A stretch of 64,000 bases of DNA. It comes from an uncultured Nitrospiraceae bacterium (lineage in GTDB: Bacteria; Nitrospirota; Thermodesulfovibrionia; Thermodesulfovibrionales; Dissulfurispiraceae). Below are positions 1-10,344 of this stretch, piece by piece (within the stretch, counting starts at the first letter, position 1; every line of letters begins with the position of its first letter). The stretch is taken from positions 949,698-1,013,697 of the forward strand of contig CAVSHF010000003.1 of NCBI GenBank assembly GCA_963727805.1, given 5' to 3'. The notes beneath the pieces were generated by a model, which was not told where the DNA came from, made no database searches, and worked only from the letters and a program-made list of their open reading frames with translations. Made by a program: the position numbers and the translations under genes.

Positions 1-193
1 AAGAAAAGAGATCGATACCCGTTATCCGTTGCCCTTCTTTTTCATGCTAATGATGTTCCTCGGCAAAAAAGCCATGACAATAAACGATATATATAACAAT
101 ATCATGAAATCTTATTCGTTGCAATAAGGTATTCCCTTATAACTATCTTCGATAATCCTTACCCGGACAATATGCTATGCTCCTCTTTTATTG

Positions 194-3052
194 TTAATTA
201 TTTAATGCTTGAAGATTCCATGGAACTGTCACAAGGACCGTAGTTCCTGAATTAATAACCGATTGTATATCGATCTGACCGCCCATAGTATTTAACCGTT
301 CAGATATGTTTAAAATGCCGAATCCTTCATTGCTACCATTCGGTCTAATCTCAGTGGTGTCAAATCCCATTCCATCGTCTTTAACTGCTATTTTTATTTC
401 CTTAGCATCTCGCAGAACCGATATGCTTGCTGTTTCGGCTTTTGCGTGCTTCACGACATTGACCATCAACTCACGTACAATATTAAAAAGAAGGATGCGC
501 GTTGCATCATCAAGCGGCCTTTTATCCCCGTCAGTTTGAAAGTAAAACCTGACATCATATCTCCCTTGAAACTGCTCCACAAGCCGCTGCACTGCTGCAT
601 CAAACCCTAATTCGTATAGCATAGGTGGACTGAGATCCACCGTCAAGGTTCGCACGAATTGGATTGCCTGATCGATAAGCTCCCGAATTTGCTGGATTTC
701 ATCGCATGCCTCTGCTGAGTGAATCGACTCGGCTAATGCTCCCAACTCTATTCTTATAAGAGCGAGAATTTGTCCGATATTTTCATGAAGTCCGGTTGCA
801 ATGCGGCGTCTCTCGCGCTCCTCGGTTAAAGATAGCTGAGTCACAAGCGCTTTCAGATGTTTTTCGTGGGCTGTAATGGTTTCCTTGGACCGTCTGAGGT
901 CGGAAACCAAAACCGCCAACGACTCATTCACTCGGACGAGCTCTTTAGTCCTCTCCTTCACCCGCTCTTCCAATGTATCGTACGCTATTTTAAGCCCTTC
1001 CTCGGCCTGCTTGCGCTTACTGATATCCAGTATGGTCCCAATAATTGCTGGTCTATTTTTGTAGAAGACTCTGGAGCCGTATACCTCAACGTTTATGATT
1101 TCTTTAGTTTTCTTTATTAGTTTGAATTCATAATGAGCAGTTGTTATTTCGCCTCCTATTCGTCTTCTCATATTTTCTAAGATAATTGACAAATCATCCG
1201 GATGCGCAACTGTGTTGATAAATTTCTCATCCAGACATTCATCCACTGAATAACCGACCATTTTTACAAACTGTGGGTTTACATATTTCATCGCGCTGTC
1301 CTGTATGAGATAAATGCCCACGAGTGCATTTTCAGCGAAACTCTTGAACATATCTTCAGATTCCTTTAGCTGCTCTTCTGCAAGCTTCCGCTCAGAGATA
1401 TCTCTGCCGACAGACTGGTATTCAATAATGTCCCCGCGATCGTCGAAAATCGCACGATTCGTCCATTGATGCCAGTGCATATTCCCATCAGGAAACAGTA
1501 GGCGGCCTTCTGAGACGTTGTGAGGCTTGTCCTTTGTCAATGATTCAATCTGCCTTATCACTGCCTGACGGTCTTCCTCGTGAATGAGTGAATAGAAAGA
1601 ATTACCTAACAGATCCTCCGGCCTAGCTCCTAATGCCTTGATCAGTGCTCCATTCACATAGGTCAGTATACCGCCAGGGAGATGACGACTAACATACTCC
1701 GTCTGATTTTCAATGATATCCCGATAGCGCTCCTCACTTTTCCGCAACATATCGGCAATCCGGATTCGCTCCGCGATCTCCGCTTGAATCTTCTCTTGCA
1801 TTTTTTTCCGTGCGGTGACATCTCTGCCTATCTCTATCCCAGCAATGATTTCTCCCTTGGCATTCTTGAGGGAGGAAGCAGTGATTTCGATACATTTTAC
1901 CCCTTCGGGTACCTGAATCGTTCTTTCAACCCTATGTATCTGTCCATCCTGGAAAGCCATTGCCACGGGACAGCCTCCGCATTTCGATACATTGTATTCA
2001 TAAGTCAGATAACAATACTCACCGACATGGTCTCCAGAAAGCTCCTTCTGAGCGGCATTCTGATATATAATCCTGTAATCAAGATCCTGAATGGTAACGG
2101 CATCACCCATGCTGGCCAAGATGGCATCTGTTTTTGACTTTTCATCTTCAAGTTGGTTCACAGCTGCGGACAGTCCGCTTCGCAACTCACCCCAGTATGT
2201 GCCGAGCAATAATGGAATAGCCCATATATGGAGATTATGCCTGATCGGCGCATAAACGTTGACATAGCGATCATGAGCACTAATATTGAAAATCATGAGG
2301 AATTCGTCAAGGAAGAAGAACAAAAAGCCCAAGATTAATGTGTTTTGGACCTTGGTCCCTCGCCTTTTTGTAGACAAAAATATCCACAGAGCATACCCCA
2401 TAAAAATAGAGGCTGCCATTCTATCAGCCCACTCTCCCCAGAATGTGTGGAATGTCGCTCCCGGGTCATCTTTCAAATAAGCTGGCCACTGAAGGGCAAT
2501 TGCAACGTATAAAATAAAGGTAATCGCTGATGAAATGATTACAAATCTGCGGGATATATTCTTCTTCTTAACCAGATAATTCATAAATGCAAAGGCAATC
2601 AGAATGCATGACATCATCGTGGCAGCATGCTCTAGTGGCGGATAAAATTTATACATGAACTCAAAAGATATATACCCTCTTAAACTTCCGTATTCGGCCG
2701 TAAGCATGAGCAACTCTCTAGCCATTCCAATGACCGAAGCAATTCCTATATAAATGTCCTTTTGCGATTTGGTCTTCACCCATTCTTTGTATGCGACCCA
2801 AGCAAGAATGCTCCAGAAGAATGTGGGTAGTAGGAAGCGCACAGCCACTGGGCCGGGGGCCCCACCAGTGAGACCACCAAACTCGGCAAGAATTGCAAGT
2901 ATTTCTTTGGCTAAAATCATAACGCTGGTTTGAAGAATGAGATACAAGACAACTCCATCATCATCGTTTCCCCAAGCACCCAGTATACCACTTCCTGAAA
3001 TCACACAACAAAAGGAGCCCTCCACGCTCAGATTCTGGTCCTGAGAGAACAC
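194..3052 (-). CDS. Membrane-anchored multi-PAS sensor histidine kinase (HisKA_3/NarX-type H-box plus HATPase_c)
   Basis: 952-aa ORF. The N-terminal ~300 aa are strongly hydrophobic (multiple helices), followed by three PAS-like segments. H-box region RRRIATGLHENIGQILA. C-terminal ATPase motifs DDGMGFD and GFGILNISERL. The exact start is uncertain. Confidence 0.8.
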   Translation of the reverse strand: MFSQDQNLSVEGSFCCVISGSGILGAWGNDDDGVVLYLILQTSVMILAKEILAILAEFGGLTGGAPGPVAVRFLLPTFFWSILAWVAYKEWVKTKSQKDIYIGIASVIGMARELLMLTAEYGSLRGYISFEFMYKFYPPLEHAATMMSCILIAFAFMNYLVKKKNISRRFVIISSAITFILYVAIALQWPAYLKDDPGATFHTFWGEWADRMAASIFMGYALWIFLSTKRRGTKVQNTLILGFLFFFLDEFLMIFNISAHDRYVNVYAPIRHNLHIWAIPLLLGTYWGELRSGLSAAVNQLEDEKSKTDAILASMGDAVTIQDLDYRIIYQNAAQKELSGDHVGEYCYLTYEYNVSKCGGCPVAMAFQDGQIHRVERTIQVPEGVKCIEITASSLKNAKGEIIAGIEIGRDVTARKKMQEKIQAEIAERIRIADMLRKSEERYRDIIENQTEYVSRHLPGGILTYVNGALIKALGARPEDLLGNSFYSLIHEEDRQAVIRQIESLTKDKPHNVSEGRLLFPDGNMHWHQWTNRAIFDDRGDIIEYQSVGRDISERKLAEEQLKESEDMFKSFAENALVGIYLIQDSAMKYVNPQFVKMVGYSVDECLDEKFINTVAHPDDLSIILENMRRRIGGEITTAHYEFKLIKKTKEIINVEVYGSRVFYKNRPAIIGTILDISKRKQAEEGLKIAYDTLEERVKERTKELVRVNESLAVLVSDLRRSKETITAHEKHLKALVTQLSLTEERERRRIATGLHENIGQILALIRIELGALAESIHSAEACDEIQQIRELIDQAIQFVRTLTVDLSPPMLYELGFDAAVQRLVEQFQGRYDVRFYFQTDGDKRPLDDATRILLFNIVRELMVNVVKHAKAETASISVLRDAKEIKIAVKDDGMGFDTTEIRPNGSNEGFGILNISERLNTMGGQIDIQSVINSGTTVLVTVPWNLQALNN

Positions 3053-3361
3053 GCTGCAAGTTGTGGCGTCTCTTTACTTCACAACAAAATCTCAGCAACT
3101 TAGGTCCGCTAGAGATTGGGAGAACGGCTTAGCTTGTTAGCAGGATGTTACAGTCTTTTTTGACATTCTCCCCGGCCTAAAGGCCGAGAATTCCCGACTC
3201 ATGCAGAGAGTCAAGACCTTAGTCAGTATCTATCCGAGTGGCCTGCCCGCTCCATATCGCCGCTCGCCTATAGGGCGAGTCCCACTCCTGGTGTATTTTG
3301 CGTGAAGTGCATTTTGCGCTGGAAAGTATCAGTCATTATATTGATGAGCAATCTCCTTCTA

Positions 3362-3766
3362 TCACAAAACACTCTGCTGGCCTTGTAGAAGGTCACCGAT
3401 CTTCCTGTTGAGTTCGTTGATGTCTCTCTTTATTTTATGGATGTGGGTCCTTTTGATATACCCCAGCTGTTCTGTCAGGACAAGTCTTTTGTGGATCTCC
3501 TCGAGACTATTGAGTGCCATGAAAATAGAATCATTTCTGTACTTTCTATTTTTCATCATAAATCCCTCGGCGAGGTGACATGGAACTGAATGGGTCATTC
3601 TATTCAACGTACTGCAGACATCGCTGGAGCCTGACGAAGAGAGGTCAACGGTCATCTCATGTATTGTCTCTGCCAGCTCCAGTCCTTCCTGCCATATCTT
3701 ATACTCTTCAAGATTTTTCATCAGCTGGTTCATACTACAATCTTCCTCCTGAGATAGGGTTAGCAA
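3362..3766 (-). CDS. Four-helix-bundle protein (23S rRNA intervening-sequence protein / Avd-like family)
   Basis: 134-aa ORF. The pattern YKIWQEGLELAETIHEMT...HLAEGF...SLEEIHKRLVLTEQLGYI is typical of this small helical family. A start at the internal Met (3733) is possible. Confidence 0.55.
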   Translation of the reverse strand: MLTLSQEEDCSMNQLMKNLEEYKIWQEGLELAETIHEMTVDLSSSGSSDVCSTLNRMTHSVPCHLAEGFMMKNRKYRNDSIFMALNSLEEIHKRLVLTEQLGYIKRTHIHKIKRDINELNRKIGDLLQGQQSVL

Positions 3767-3879
3767 AGTTTTTCCTCTTAATCCAAAAATATAAGACTAC
3801 ATAAAACATATACGTGTTGGCTGAAGCCTGCTCCTCAGTAAACTGATCGGCGATTATATCGGCTATGCTGATTCCTTCC

Positions 3880-4068
3880 TCAAACAGCTTTCAGACAATC
3901 TTCTCTCCAAAGACAATTGGCTTGATTGCATTCGTGCACATAACGCGTTGCATAACAATCATTATTGCCCTCTGCCCTCTGAATGGATCGGATGAACTCA
4001 ATTTTGTTCTGCCTTCCGACTTTTACTCCCTTCGTTTTTGCAATTGTTCTAATAGCCTGCATCTTCAT
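3880..4068 (-). CDS. Small Rho_N/SAP-like domain protein with a C-terminal Cys motif
   Basis: 62-aa ORF with GGGGGA 5-6 nt upstream of the ATG. It has an N-terminal IRTIAKTKGVKVGRQNKIEFIRSIQRAEG helix-hairpin-like motif followed by CYAT...CNQANCLWREDC. Confidence 0.5.
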   Translation of the reverse strand: MKMQAIRTIAKTKGVKVGRQNKIEFIRSIQRAEGNNDCYATRYVHECNQANCLWREDCLKAV

Positions 4069-4781
4069 GCGTGATCCCCCTATTTTTCAGACGAAATAGG
4101 TTTTATTTCCATAGTGGCATATATAACCTCGCACTGTGTCAAAGCATAGATTTTCGCGATTGAACATAGTTGAATGTATTTAAAGCAATATCGTCCCATC
4201 TCATCGATGCCTGGAATAAATGTATAGTTTGCTACGTATGCTCGTAAAGCATAAACTACTAATATCCTGCATACTCATGATAATGATATAAATATATTAT
4301 GTTTAAATGGACTTTAAATATATCCGATATCGTCTGATATTATTGTAGGAGACAAGGAAGTATCCTGTCAGTGCTTGTCTGACATACGACTGCATACGAC
4401 TTTACAAGAAGGGCCTCGCACAAAAGTAATCCTTGAGCGCAAGGCTATCTATTCAAAGAATTGTGGCTACTGAAGTTTTAAAATAAACATAGTGCTCAGA
4501 GGCAAGAATGTATTTTGGGAAACGATGTCTCTACCTCAGCATTGAAAGTTGCCATGATTGCTCTAACAACAACAAACATCAGATTGACATTTCATACCGC
4601 GCGCTTTAGATATCGTACCTAAACCCGGAATTTTACGGCGCTTCCTGATAATATTTGAAAATTAAGCATCAGTAAAAGGTTATATGATGCGGTATGCGCC
4701 CCTGTTAGCTCCTACTTGGGGCACGATTACTGATAAATTAGTGAAACCTGACACCATATTGACAGGCAGTCTGCTCGGTTA

Positions 4782-5318
4782 TTACTTCGGCCGTGAGATG
4801 CTACGAACACTGTACAGCTCAAAGCGCTTTGCCCACCTAAAGGCTGTCGTATTACAAATACCAAGAATTTTAGCTGCCGAACAAAAAGTATTGCCTTCGG
4901 CCAGAAGAGTTTTGAGCTTATTGACATCAAAAGAGAGACGGACGCCTGGAATACCCTTGATCACTGTAATCCCATGTTTTCGCGCGAGCTTATATATAAT
5001 CGCAGACTTGACGCCAAGACCTTTGGCGATTTCAGGTGCCGTAAGTCCGGCTTCCGTCATGCGACGGATTTTTTCGATTTTGTATTGCAGGGTCTCATCC
5101 GTGGGCACAGGTATCCGGGCCCTTAACCTAATCCTCCTGACAAGCTCAGATGTACATCCTACCATTCTGGCAATGACAGTATTCCTGAACTTAGGCAAAA
5201 GGGGAACAATTCGAGCGCTTACGCTGCCAGGCCTGAAGTTTTTCGCAATCGACCCCTTAGGCCTGCCTGGTTTGCGCTTGATTTGCTTTATTGTGTATGG
5301 GAAGTGTCTATTTTGCAT
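4782..5318 (-). CDS. Hypothetical DNA-binding protein with three tandem helix-turn-helix-like units
   Basis: 178-aa basic ORF with three repeated HTH-like segments: TVIARMVGCTSELVRRIR, TAPEIAKGLGVKSAIIYKLARKHGI and TFCSAAKILGICNTTAFRWAKRF. I recognised no enzymatic motif. Confidence 0.5.
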   Translation of the reverse strand: MQNRHFPYTIKQIKRKPGRPKGSIAKNFRPGSVSARIVPLLPKFRNTVIARMVGCTSELVRRIRLRARIPVPTDETLQYKIEKIRRMTEAGLTAPEIAKGLGVKSAIIYKLARKHGITVIKGIPGVRLSFDVNKLKTLLAEGNTFCSAAKILGICNTTAFRWAKRFELYSVRSISRPK

Positions 5319-5883
5319 AGCTTTTTTTATTTTGTATCGACAGCTATTATGACATAGACGTTATTCTGGCATTGAAGTTTTATGGTCATTATTACCCCCA
5401 TCCACCGGCGAGATTATATCATCATAACTATATTAACTATATTATGATATCAAACTTTTGGACCGTAAAACATACAAAATTGCAAGTCAATAAGGTGAAT
5501 TTGCATATATCGTGATGACTGTCACAATATGCCACTTCCTATATTGGTCGGCCAGATGCTCAATGCGTTCCATCGATCCGACTTCCTCAACCAAGGCGAT
5601 GCATCGGAGGGAGAAAGATAACTCATTGAAAGAAAAATCGGGAATTGCATTTTAACCGATGACCTGCTGATTACTAATTATCTGCATTTCTTTTATCTTA
5701 TTGTTTTACTTGTTTTATTTGATCTGCGTCATGCCACTACTGGCACAGCTTTTTTTCGCACTGAGCATTCGAACTGGTCCTTTAAGCGAGGGACAAGATC
5801 GCTTCAAATGGATGTTCGAATCAGCATAATGAATCGCTGAAAAATGATAAGGTAAGATATATTCTGTTTGTTACAATGAATCA

Positions 5884-6228
5884 ATGAAATTAAAAATAAA
5901 TATGTTGAAGCAGATAAAGAAGGTTATGTCAGTACATATGCCTCCATTCACGAAATCAAAGAAAGGGCAAACTCAGGTATTTGATGAAGTTATTAAAGAG
6001 ACTGAAAAAGGGTTACTGATATCTGTGCCCATAGTTGATCATCTCCGACGAATCCGTGAGCACGCCCAGAATCGATATACTTTTGATTATCGGTGCAAAG
6101 GGCTTAAAATCATCATCGAAAACATGCCAGAAATTAGCATCATAGCTTATTATTCAGATGACCGAGATGGAAGTATCGGCACAGACACCGCGCAGCCGCC
6201 CTTTGATAAGATACTACGATTTTCCTAA
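5884..6228 (+). CDS. Hypothetical protein
   Basis: 114-aa ORF in an AT-rich region with no recognisable motif. Confidence 0.3.
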   Translation: MKLKINMLKQIKKVMSVHMPPFTKSKKGQTQVFDEVIKETEKGLLISVPIVDHLRRIREHAQNRYTFDYRCKGLKIIIENMPEISIIAYYSDDRDGSIGTDTAQPPFDKILRFS

Positions 6229-6312
6229 GTTGCCATTTAAAAATAGCATGAAAGTCTGGTTATAGTTTAAGCTTTGGTTGTCTTGGTATAACCTATTGGT
6301 TATATAGGACAT

Positions 6313-6819
6313 TTAAGCAGCAGTTTTTCTCTGAACGCATATGATATTCCACTCCTTTAGTTTATCAATGGTCAAATTTATGGCTTTCTCGATGTTGTCA
6401 TTAACAATGTCAGACATTTCAAGTCCAAAGGTGTGATCGGCCGCGGCCGGCTGGATGCCGATCAGGCAAAGATGGGAAGGCATGGATCCCCTCAGGTTGG
6501 CAGCTGTAAGGAGATCGGCAAGACCGAGATTATGCAGCGAAACCTTCGGGAAGATGAGAGCCGCTATTTCGTTGTCTTCGATGATTCCTACATAGCCCGG
6601 CTCTTTACCGAAATCCATGGCGTCGACGATGAGGACTTTATCGACGCTTTCGAAAAGAGGGAGGAGGTCGAGGCCCAGCGTACCGCCATCAACGATCTGA
6701 ATCCCAGGAGAACAGGCATATCGCTCTTTGATGGTATTGACCACGTGGACCCCGACCTGCTCATCTTTAAGCAGAATATTTCCCAGTCCTAAAAGTGCTG
6801 CTGACAAATTAATGACCAT
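6313..6819 (-). CDS. hyaD: [NiFe]-hydrogenase maturation endopeptidase
   Basis: 168 aa. Contains GNILLKDEQVGVHVV, DGGTLGLDLLP and LIVDAMDFG motifs. It overlaps the cytochrome b gene by 11 nt and is the last gene of the hydrogenase operon. Confidence 0.85.
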   Translation of the reverse strand: MVINLSAALLGLGNILLKDEQVGVHVVNTIKERYACSPGIQIVDGGTLGLDLLPLFESVDKVLIVDAMDFGKEPGYVGIIEDNEIAALIFPKVSLHNLGLADLLTAANLRGSMPSHLCLIGIQPAAADHTFGLEMSDIVNDNIEKAINLTIDKLKEWNIICVQRKTAA

Positions 6820-7453
6820 CCTCCATATTTTTATAACCGCTAAACATAGAGCTCATCAAACCATTCCTCTCGATGAGGTCATTGTGCCACGAGATGTATA
6901 TATGAACGATCACGAAAAGGCCGATGACCCACATAATCAAGTGGTGGACAAGCCTCAGATAGGCAACATTCATCAACCCCAGCGACCAGCCCCCGAGCAT
7001 TGTCCAAATCGCTCCACCCCCATGAGCCAACGACAACATGGCAAAGCCTGTGACTATCTGGAAGATGTAAAGACAGAACAGGAACGTGTACGAAAGTCCG
7101 GCCAACCCGGTATGTCCCGGATAGTGCGGCAGGTCCTTCCTGCAAAAAGCGTAAAACGATGCCGTACAAACCGTGTTGTCAAACCTCTCTTTGGACGTCG
7201 GGATAAACTGGTTGAGCTTTGCATACTTGTTGCCCGCAAACCACCAGTACATCCTCACTAAGACGCAGACCGTAAAGAGAAAGGCCGCGACAAAGTGAAC
7301 GAACCGCATGTAAGCCATGATCAGTGAATCGGCATCTCCATCCAAGAAGGGGGCGCCGATGTAAAACCCCGTTACGGATAGCACCACGATGCTCAACGCA
7401 ATCAGCCAGTGCGCCACTCGTACCGGGAACTCCCAAACATAGATTCGACTCAT
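6809..7453 (-). CDS. hyaC: Ni/Fe-hydrogenase b-type cytochrome subunit
   Basis: 214 aa with four predicted TM helices and conserved His residues (VRVAHW, FVHF, VHH, HIYISWHND). It lies directly downstream of the large subunit. Confidence 0.85.
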   Translation of the reverse strand: MSRIYVWEFPVRVAHWLIALSIVVLSVTGFYIGAPFLDGDADSLIMAYMRFVHFVAAFLFTVCVLVRMYWWFAGNKYAKLNQFIPTSKERFDNTVCTASFYAFCRKDLPHYPGHTGLAGLSYTFLFCLYIFQIVTGFAMLSLAHGGGAIWTMLGGWSLGLMNVAYLRLVHHLIMWVIGLFVIVHIYISWHNDLIERNGLMSSMFSGYKNMEDGH

Positions 7454-7463
7454 GGCGGCCTCC

Positions 7464-9161
7464 TTATTTCACTTCGACTTTAAAAAGCTCTTTATGTTCT
7501 GCGTCAAAGAGATGAATTGCGCAGGCCATGCAGGGATCAAAGGAATGGATTGTCCTCTGGATCTCAATAGGCTTGGAGGGGTCCGCAATCGGCGTTCCGA
7601 TAAGGGCAGCTTCAAACGGACTCTTCTGGCCTTTCGGGTCTCTCGGTCCGGCATTCCACGTTGTGGGGACGACGGCCTGGTAATTCTCGATCTTCCCATC
7701 TTTTATGACAATATAATGAGCGAGGGTGCCCCTCGGTGCATCGTGGAATCCGACGCCTTTGGCTTCTGCAGGCCAGGTTGAAGGGTCCCACTTGTCCGTA
7801 TTGGCGGTTTTCAGGTCACCCTTTTTCATGTTTGCAGCAAGCTCGCCGATCCAGTCATTTAACTTTCCGGCGATAATCGCTGTCTCAATGCCCCTTGCAG
7901 CGGTCCGGCCGAGTGTCGAGAAAAGTGCTGCCGGTCCGACTCCCAGCTTGCCAAGAACCATGTCGACGGTTTCCTTGACCTGTTTTTGTCCCGACGCATA
8001 GGCCACGAGGCATCTGGCGAGAGGACCCACTTCCATGGCCTGATCATCATATCTTGGCGTCTTAACCCAGCTGTATTTCTTGCTAGTGTCGAGAGACTCA
8101 TAAGGAGGCTTGGGTCCTGTATAGTTGGGGGTTGTTTCGCCCACATACGGATGCTTCGCCTTCGAATCGCCGCCCGAATAGCTGTACCACGAATTGTTGA
8201 TGTATTCAGTGATCTTCGCCGCATCGACAGGATATATCTTGCTCAAATCCTTGTCTTTGATGACTCCCGCTGGGAAAAAGAATTTCCCACTCGCATCGGG
8301 GAACTCACCGCACGCCAGGAAATTGTTAAAACTCCCGTGGCCAGCCCAATCCTTGTAGAACGAAGCGATCGCGAGTAGATCGGGGATATACACCTTGTTC
8401 ACAAAATCAACTGACTTCTGGGCGACTTCATTGAGGAATGCAATGCTTCCCGCATTGATGGCGTTCTGGCTGTTCGGGTCAACTGGAATGGACATACCAC
8501 CGACGAGGAATGTCTGCGGATGCGGATTTTTGGCTCCCAACAGTGCATGAGCACGGATAATGTCTCTCTGCCAGTCGAGTGCTTCGAGGTAATGGGCAAC
8601 AGCCATTAGGTTCGCTTCGGGAGGCAGCTTATATTCCTTGTGTCCCCAGTATCCGTTGGCGAAGATGCCGAGCTGGCCGCTCTCGACAAAGGCCTTGAGC
8701 TTGGCGGCGACAGACTTGAAGTAACTAACCGATGAGTTGTTCGGCCAATCTGAAATAGATGAAGCGAGGGCTGCAGTCTTTGCGGGGTCGGCCTTTAACG
8801 CGCTTACGACATCGACCCAGTCAAGGGCGTGCAGATGATAAAAATGGATTACATGGTCATGCACAGACTGGAATCCCATGATCAGGTTTCTGATTATGCG
8901 GGCGTTGTCGGGGATCGTAATGTTAAGTGCGTTTTCAACAGCCCTTATTGACGCAAGGGCATGGACCGTAGTGCAGACGCCACAAAAACGGGAAACAAAG
9001 GTCCAGGCATCTCTTGGGTCTCTGCCCTTCATCATGACTTCGACACCCCTCCACATTGTGCCCGATGCCCAGGCATCTACAATTTTGCCGCCATCGACCT
9101 GCGCTTCAACTCTTAAATGTCCTTCTATTCTTGTTATTGGATCAACGATTATTTTAGCCAT
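7464..9161 (-). CDS. hyaB: Uptake [NiFe]-hydrogenase large subunit (group 1)
   Basis: 565 aa. N-terminal RIEGHLR and RFCGVCT (Ni-binding CxxC). C-terminal DPCMACAIH followed by a 15-aa cleavable extension. Confidence 0.95.
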   Translation of the reverse strand: MAKIIVDPITRIEGHLRVEAQVDGGKIVDAWASGTMWRGVEVMMKGRDPRDAWTFVSRFCGVCTTVHALASIRAVENALNITIPDNARIIRNLIMGFQSVHDHVIHFYHLHALDWVDVVSALKADPAKTAALASSISDWPNNSSVSYFKSVAAKLKAFVESGQLGIFANGYWGHKEYKLPPEANLMAVAHYLEALDWQRDIIRAHALLGAKNPHPQTFLVGGMSIPVDPNSQNAINAGSIAFLNEVAQKSVDFVNKVYIPDLLAIASFYKDWAGHGSFNNFLACGEFPDASGKFFFPAGVIKDKDLSKIYPVDAAKITEYINNSWYSYSGGDSKAKHPYVGETTPNYTGPKPPYESLDTSKKYSWVKTPRYDDQAMEVGPLARCLVAYASGQKQVKETVDMVLGKLGVGPAALFSTLGRTAARGIETAIIAGKLNDWIGELAANMKKGDLKTANTDKWDPSTWPAEAKGVGFHDAPRGTLAHYIVIKDGKIENYQAVVPTTWNAGPRDPKGQKSPFEAALIGTPIADPSKPIEIQRTIHSFDPCMACAIHLFDAEHKELFKVEVK

Positions 9162-9174
9162 TTTTCATCTCCCT

Positions 9175-10242
9175 TTATTTTTCTTTATTTTTGCCTTTTG
9201 TGGCTGTCCTGATAGCTGCGTGAGCCGCTACGGCGGCCACTGCAACTGCCGCTATACCAAGGCCGATCTTGTCAGCGTTGGCCATAACACTCGCGCCAGG
9301 TACCTTGGGCATTCTCTTGTAGAACGGATATGCCGCGTCCCAGTTCCCCGGTGTCGAGCAGGCAATGCAGCCATGTCCGGCCATTACCGGCCAGCTCGTA
9401 CCACCGTTCCACCTGATTGTCGGACAGTTCTGATGTGCCATCGGGCCCTTGCAGCCCATCTCGTAAAGACACCATCCCTGCTTGGCCCCTTCGTCTCCCC
9501 ACGCCTTCACAAACTGCCCGGCATCAAAATGCGGACGCCTCTCACAGTTGTTGTGGATCAGTTTTCCAAAAGCAAACTTCGGACGGCCATTGCTATCCAG
9601 GGCGGGTAATGCACCAAAAGTGAGGAAATGTACTACGGTGGCGGTGAAGTTCTCTACGTTCATCGGACAACCGGCGATGTTGACGACTGTGCCGCCGATA
9701 GCTTCCTGAATACCAACATATCCACCCGGGTTTGGGGCGGCTGCGGAGAGCCCGCCGAAACAGGCACAGTTGCCTACAGCGATATTCGCCATTGCGCCGG
9801 CCGCGACTTCCTTGAGGATAGCCATCGAGGACTTCCCGGCAACGCAGCAATAGACTCCGCCGTCCTTCGAAGAGACTGCTCCCTCATAAACAGCGATATA
9901 CTGCCCCTTCTTGTTTTTCAGAATGTCCTGCAGCGATTTCTCAGCGGCTGTTCCACAAGGGGCCATGAGAGTCTCATGGTAATCAAGCGAGATGATATCA
10001 AGCACAATCTGCCCGATAGTCGGCTTTGTCGCCCTCAAGACTGATTCGGAATCACCGGTACATTCCGCAAAGTGCATCCAGACAACCGACGGTCTCTGCT
10101 TCTTTTCCAGGGCTTCGGCGATCTGCGGGACCGCTGAAGAGCTCAAACCTAAAGTCGCAGCTGTTCCAGCGCAAAACTTCAGGAAGTCCCTGCGCGACAC
10201 CCCTCGTCGCGTCAGATAAGAATAAATGCTCTCGTTCTCCAT
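9175..10242 (-). CDS. hyaA: Uptake [NiFe]-hydrogenase small subunit with Tat signal
   Basis: 355 aa. Twin-arginine motif SRRDFLKF, Fe-S cluster Cys ligands (ECTGDSE, GNCACFGG, CPTIRWN, GHGCIAC) and a C-terminal membrane anchor. Confidence 0.95.
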   Translation of the reverse strand: MENESIYSYLTRRGVSRRDFLKFCAGTAATLGLSSSAVPQIAEALEKKQRPSVVWMHFAECTGDSESVLRATKPTIGQIVLDIISLDYHETLMAPCGTAAEKSLQDILKNKKGQYIAVYEGAVSSKDGGVYCCVAGKSSMAILKEVAAGAMANIAVGNCACFGGLSAAAPNPGGYVGIQEAIGGTVVNIAGCPMNVENFTATVVHFLTFGALPALDSNGRPKFAFGKLIHNNCERRPHFDAGQFVKAWGDEGAKQGWCLYEMGCKGPMAHQNCPTIRWNGGTSWPVMAGHGCIACSTPGNWDAAYPFYKRMPKVPGASVMANADKIGLGIAAVAVAAVAAHAAIRTATKGKNKEK

Positions 10243-10344
10243 ACCCGTCCTCCTGTGACGAAATTTAACTCTACAATATAGAGTTAATGATGTCGATATC
10301 CATATGAAGCGAAAACGCCGAAAAATAGGCCTCCATTCTCAAAT

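Noticed and set aside
3053-3361. A fragment of 23S rRNA or an intervening sequence next to the four-helix-bundle (IVS-type) gene
   Set aside because: Only two short hairpins are present (CGGCC-TAAA-GGCCG and CTCGCC-TATAG-GGCGAG). I could not recognise any rRNA sequence, and no rRNA gene is in the window.
4684-5352. Long antisense ORFs as genes, for example 4684-5352, 1682-2137, 8878-9609, 9628-10044, 36197-36718, 42249-42953 and 49808-50515
   Set aside because: Each lies entirely opposite a gene with strong family motifs. Each has low-complexity or Arg/Ser/Leu/Pro-rich composition typical of shadow frames, and no recognisable motif or RBS.
7464-9161. A selenocysteine-containing [NiFeSe] hydrogenase
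   Set aside because: The C-terminal Ni ligand motif is DPCMACAIH with ordinary Cys codons. There is no in-frame TGA in the large subunit.
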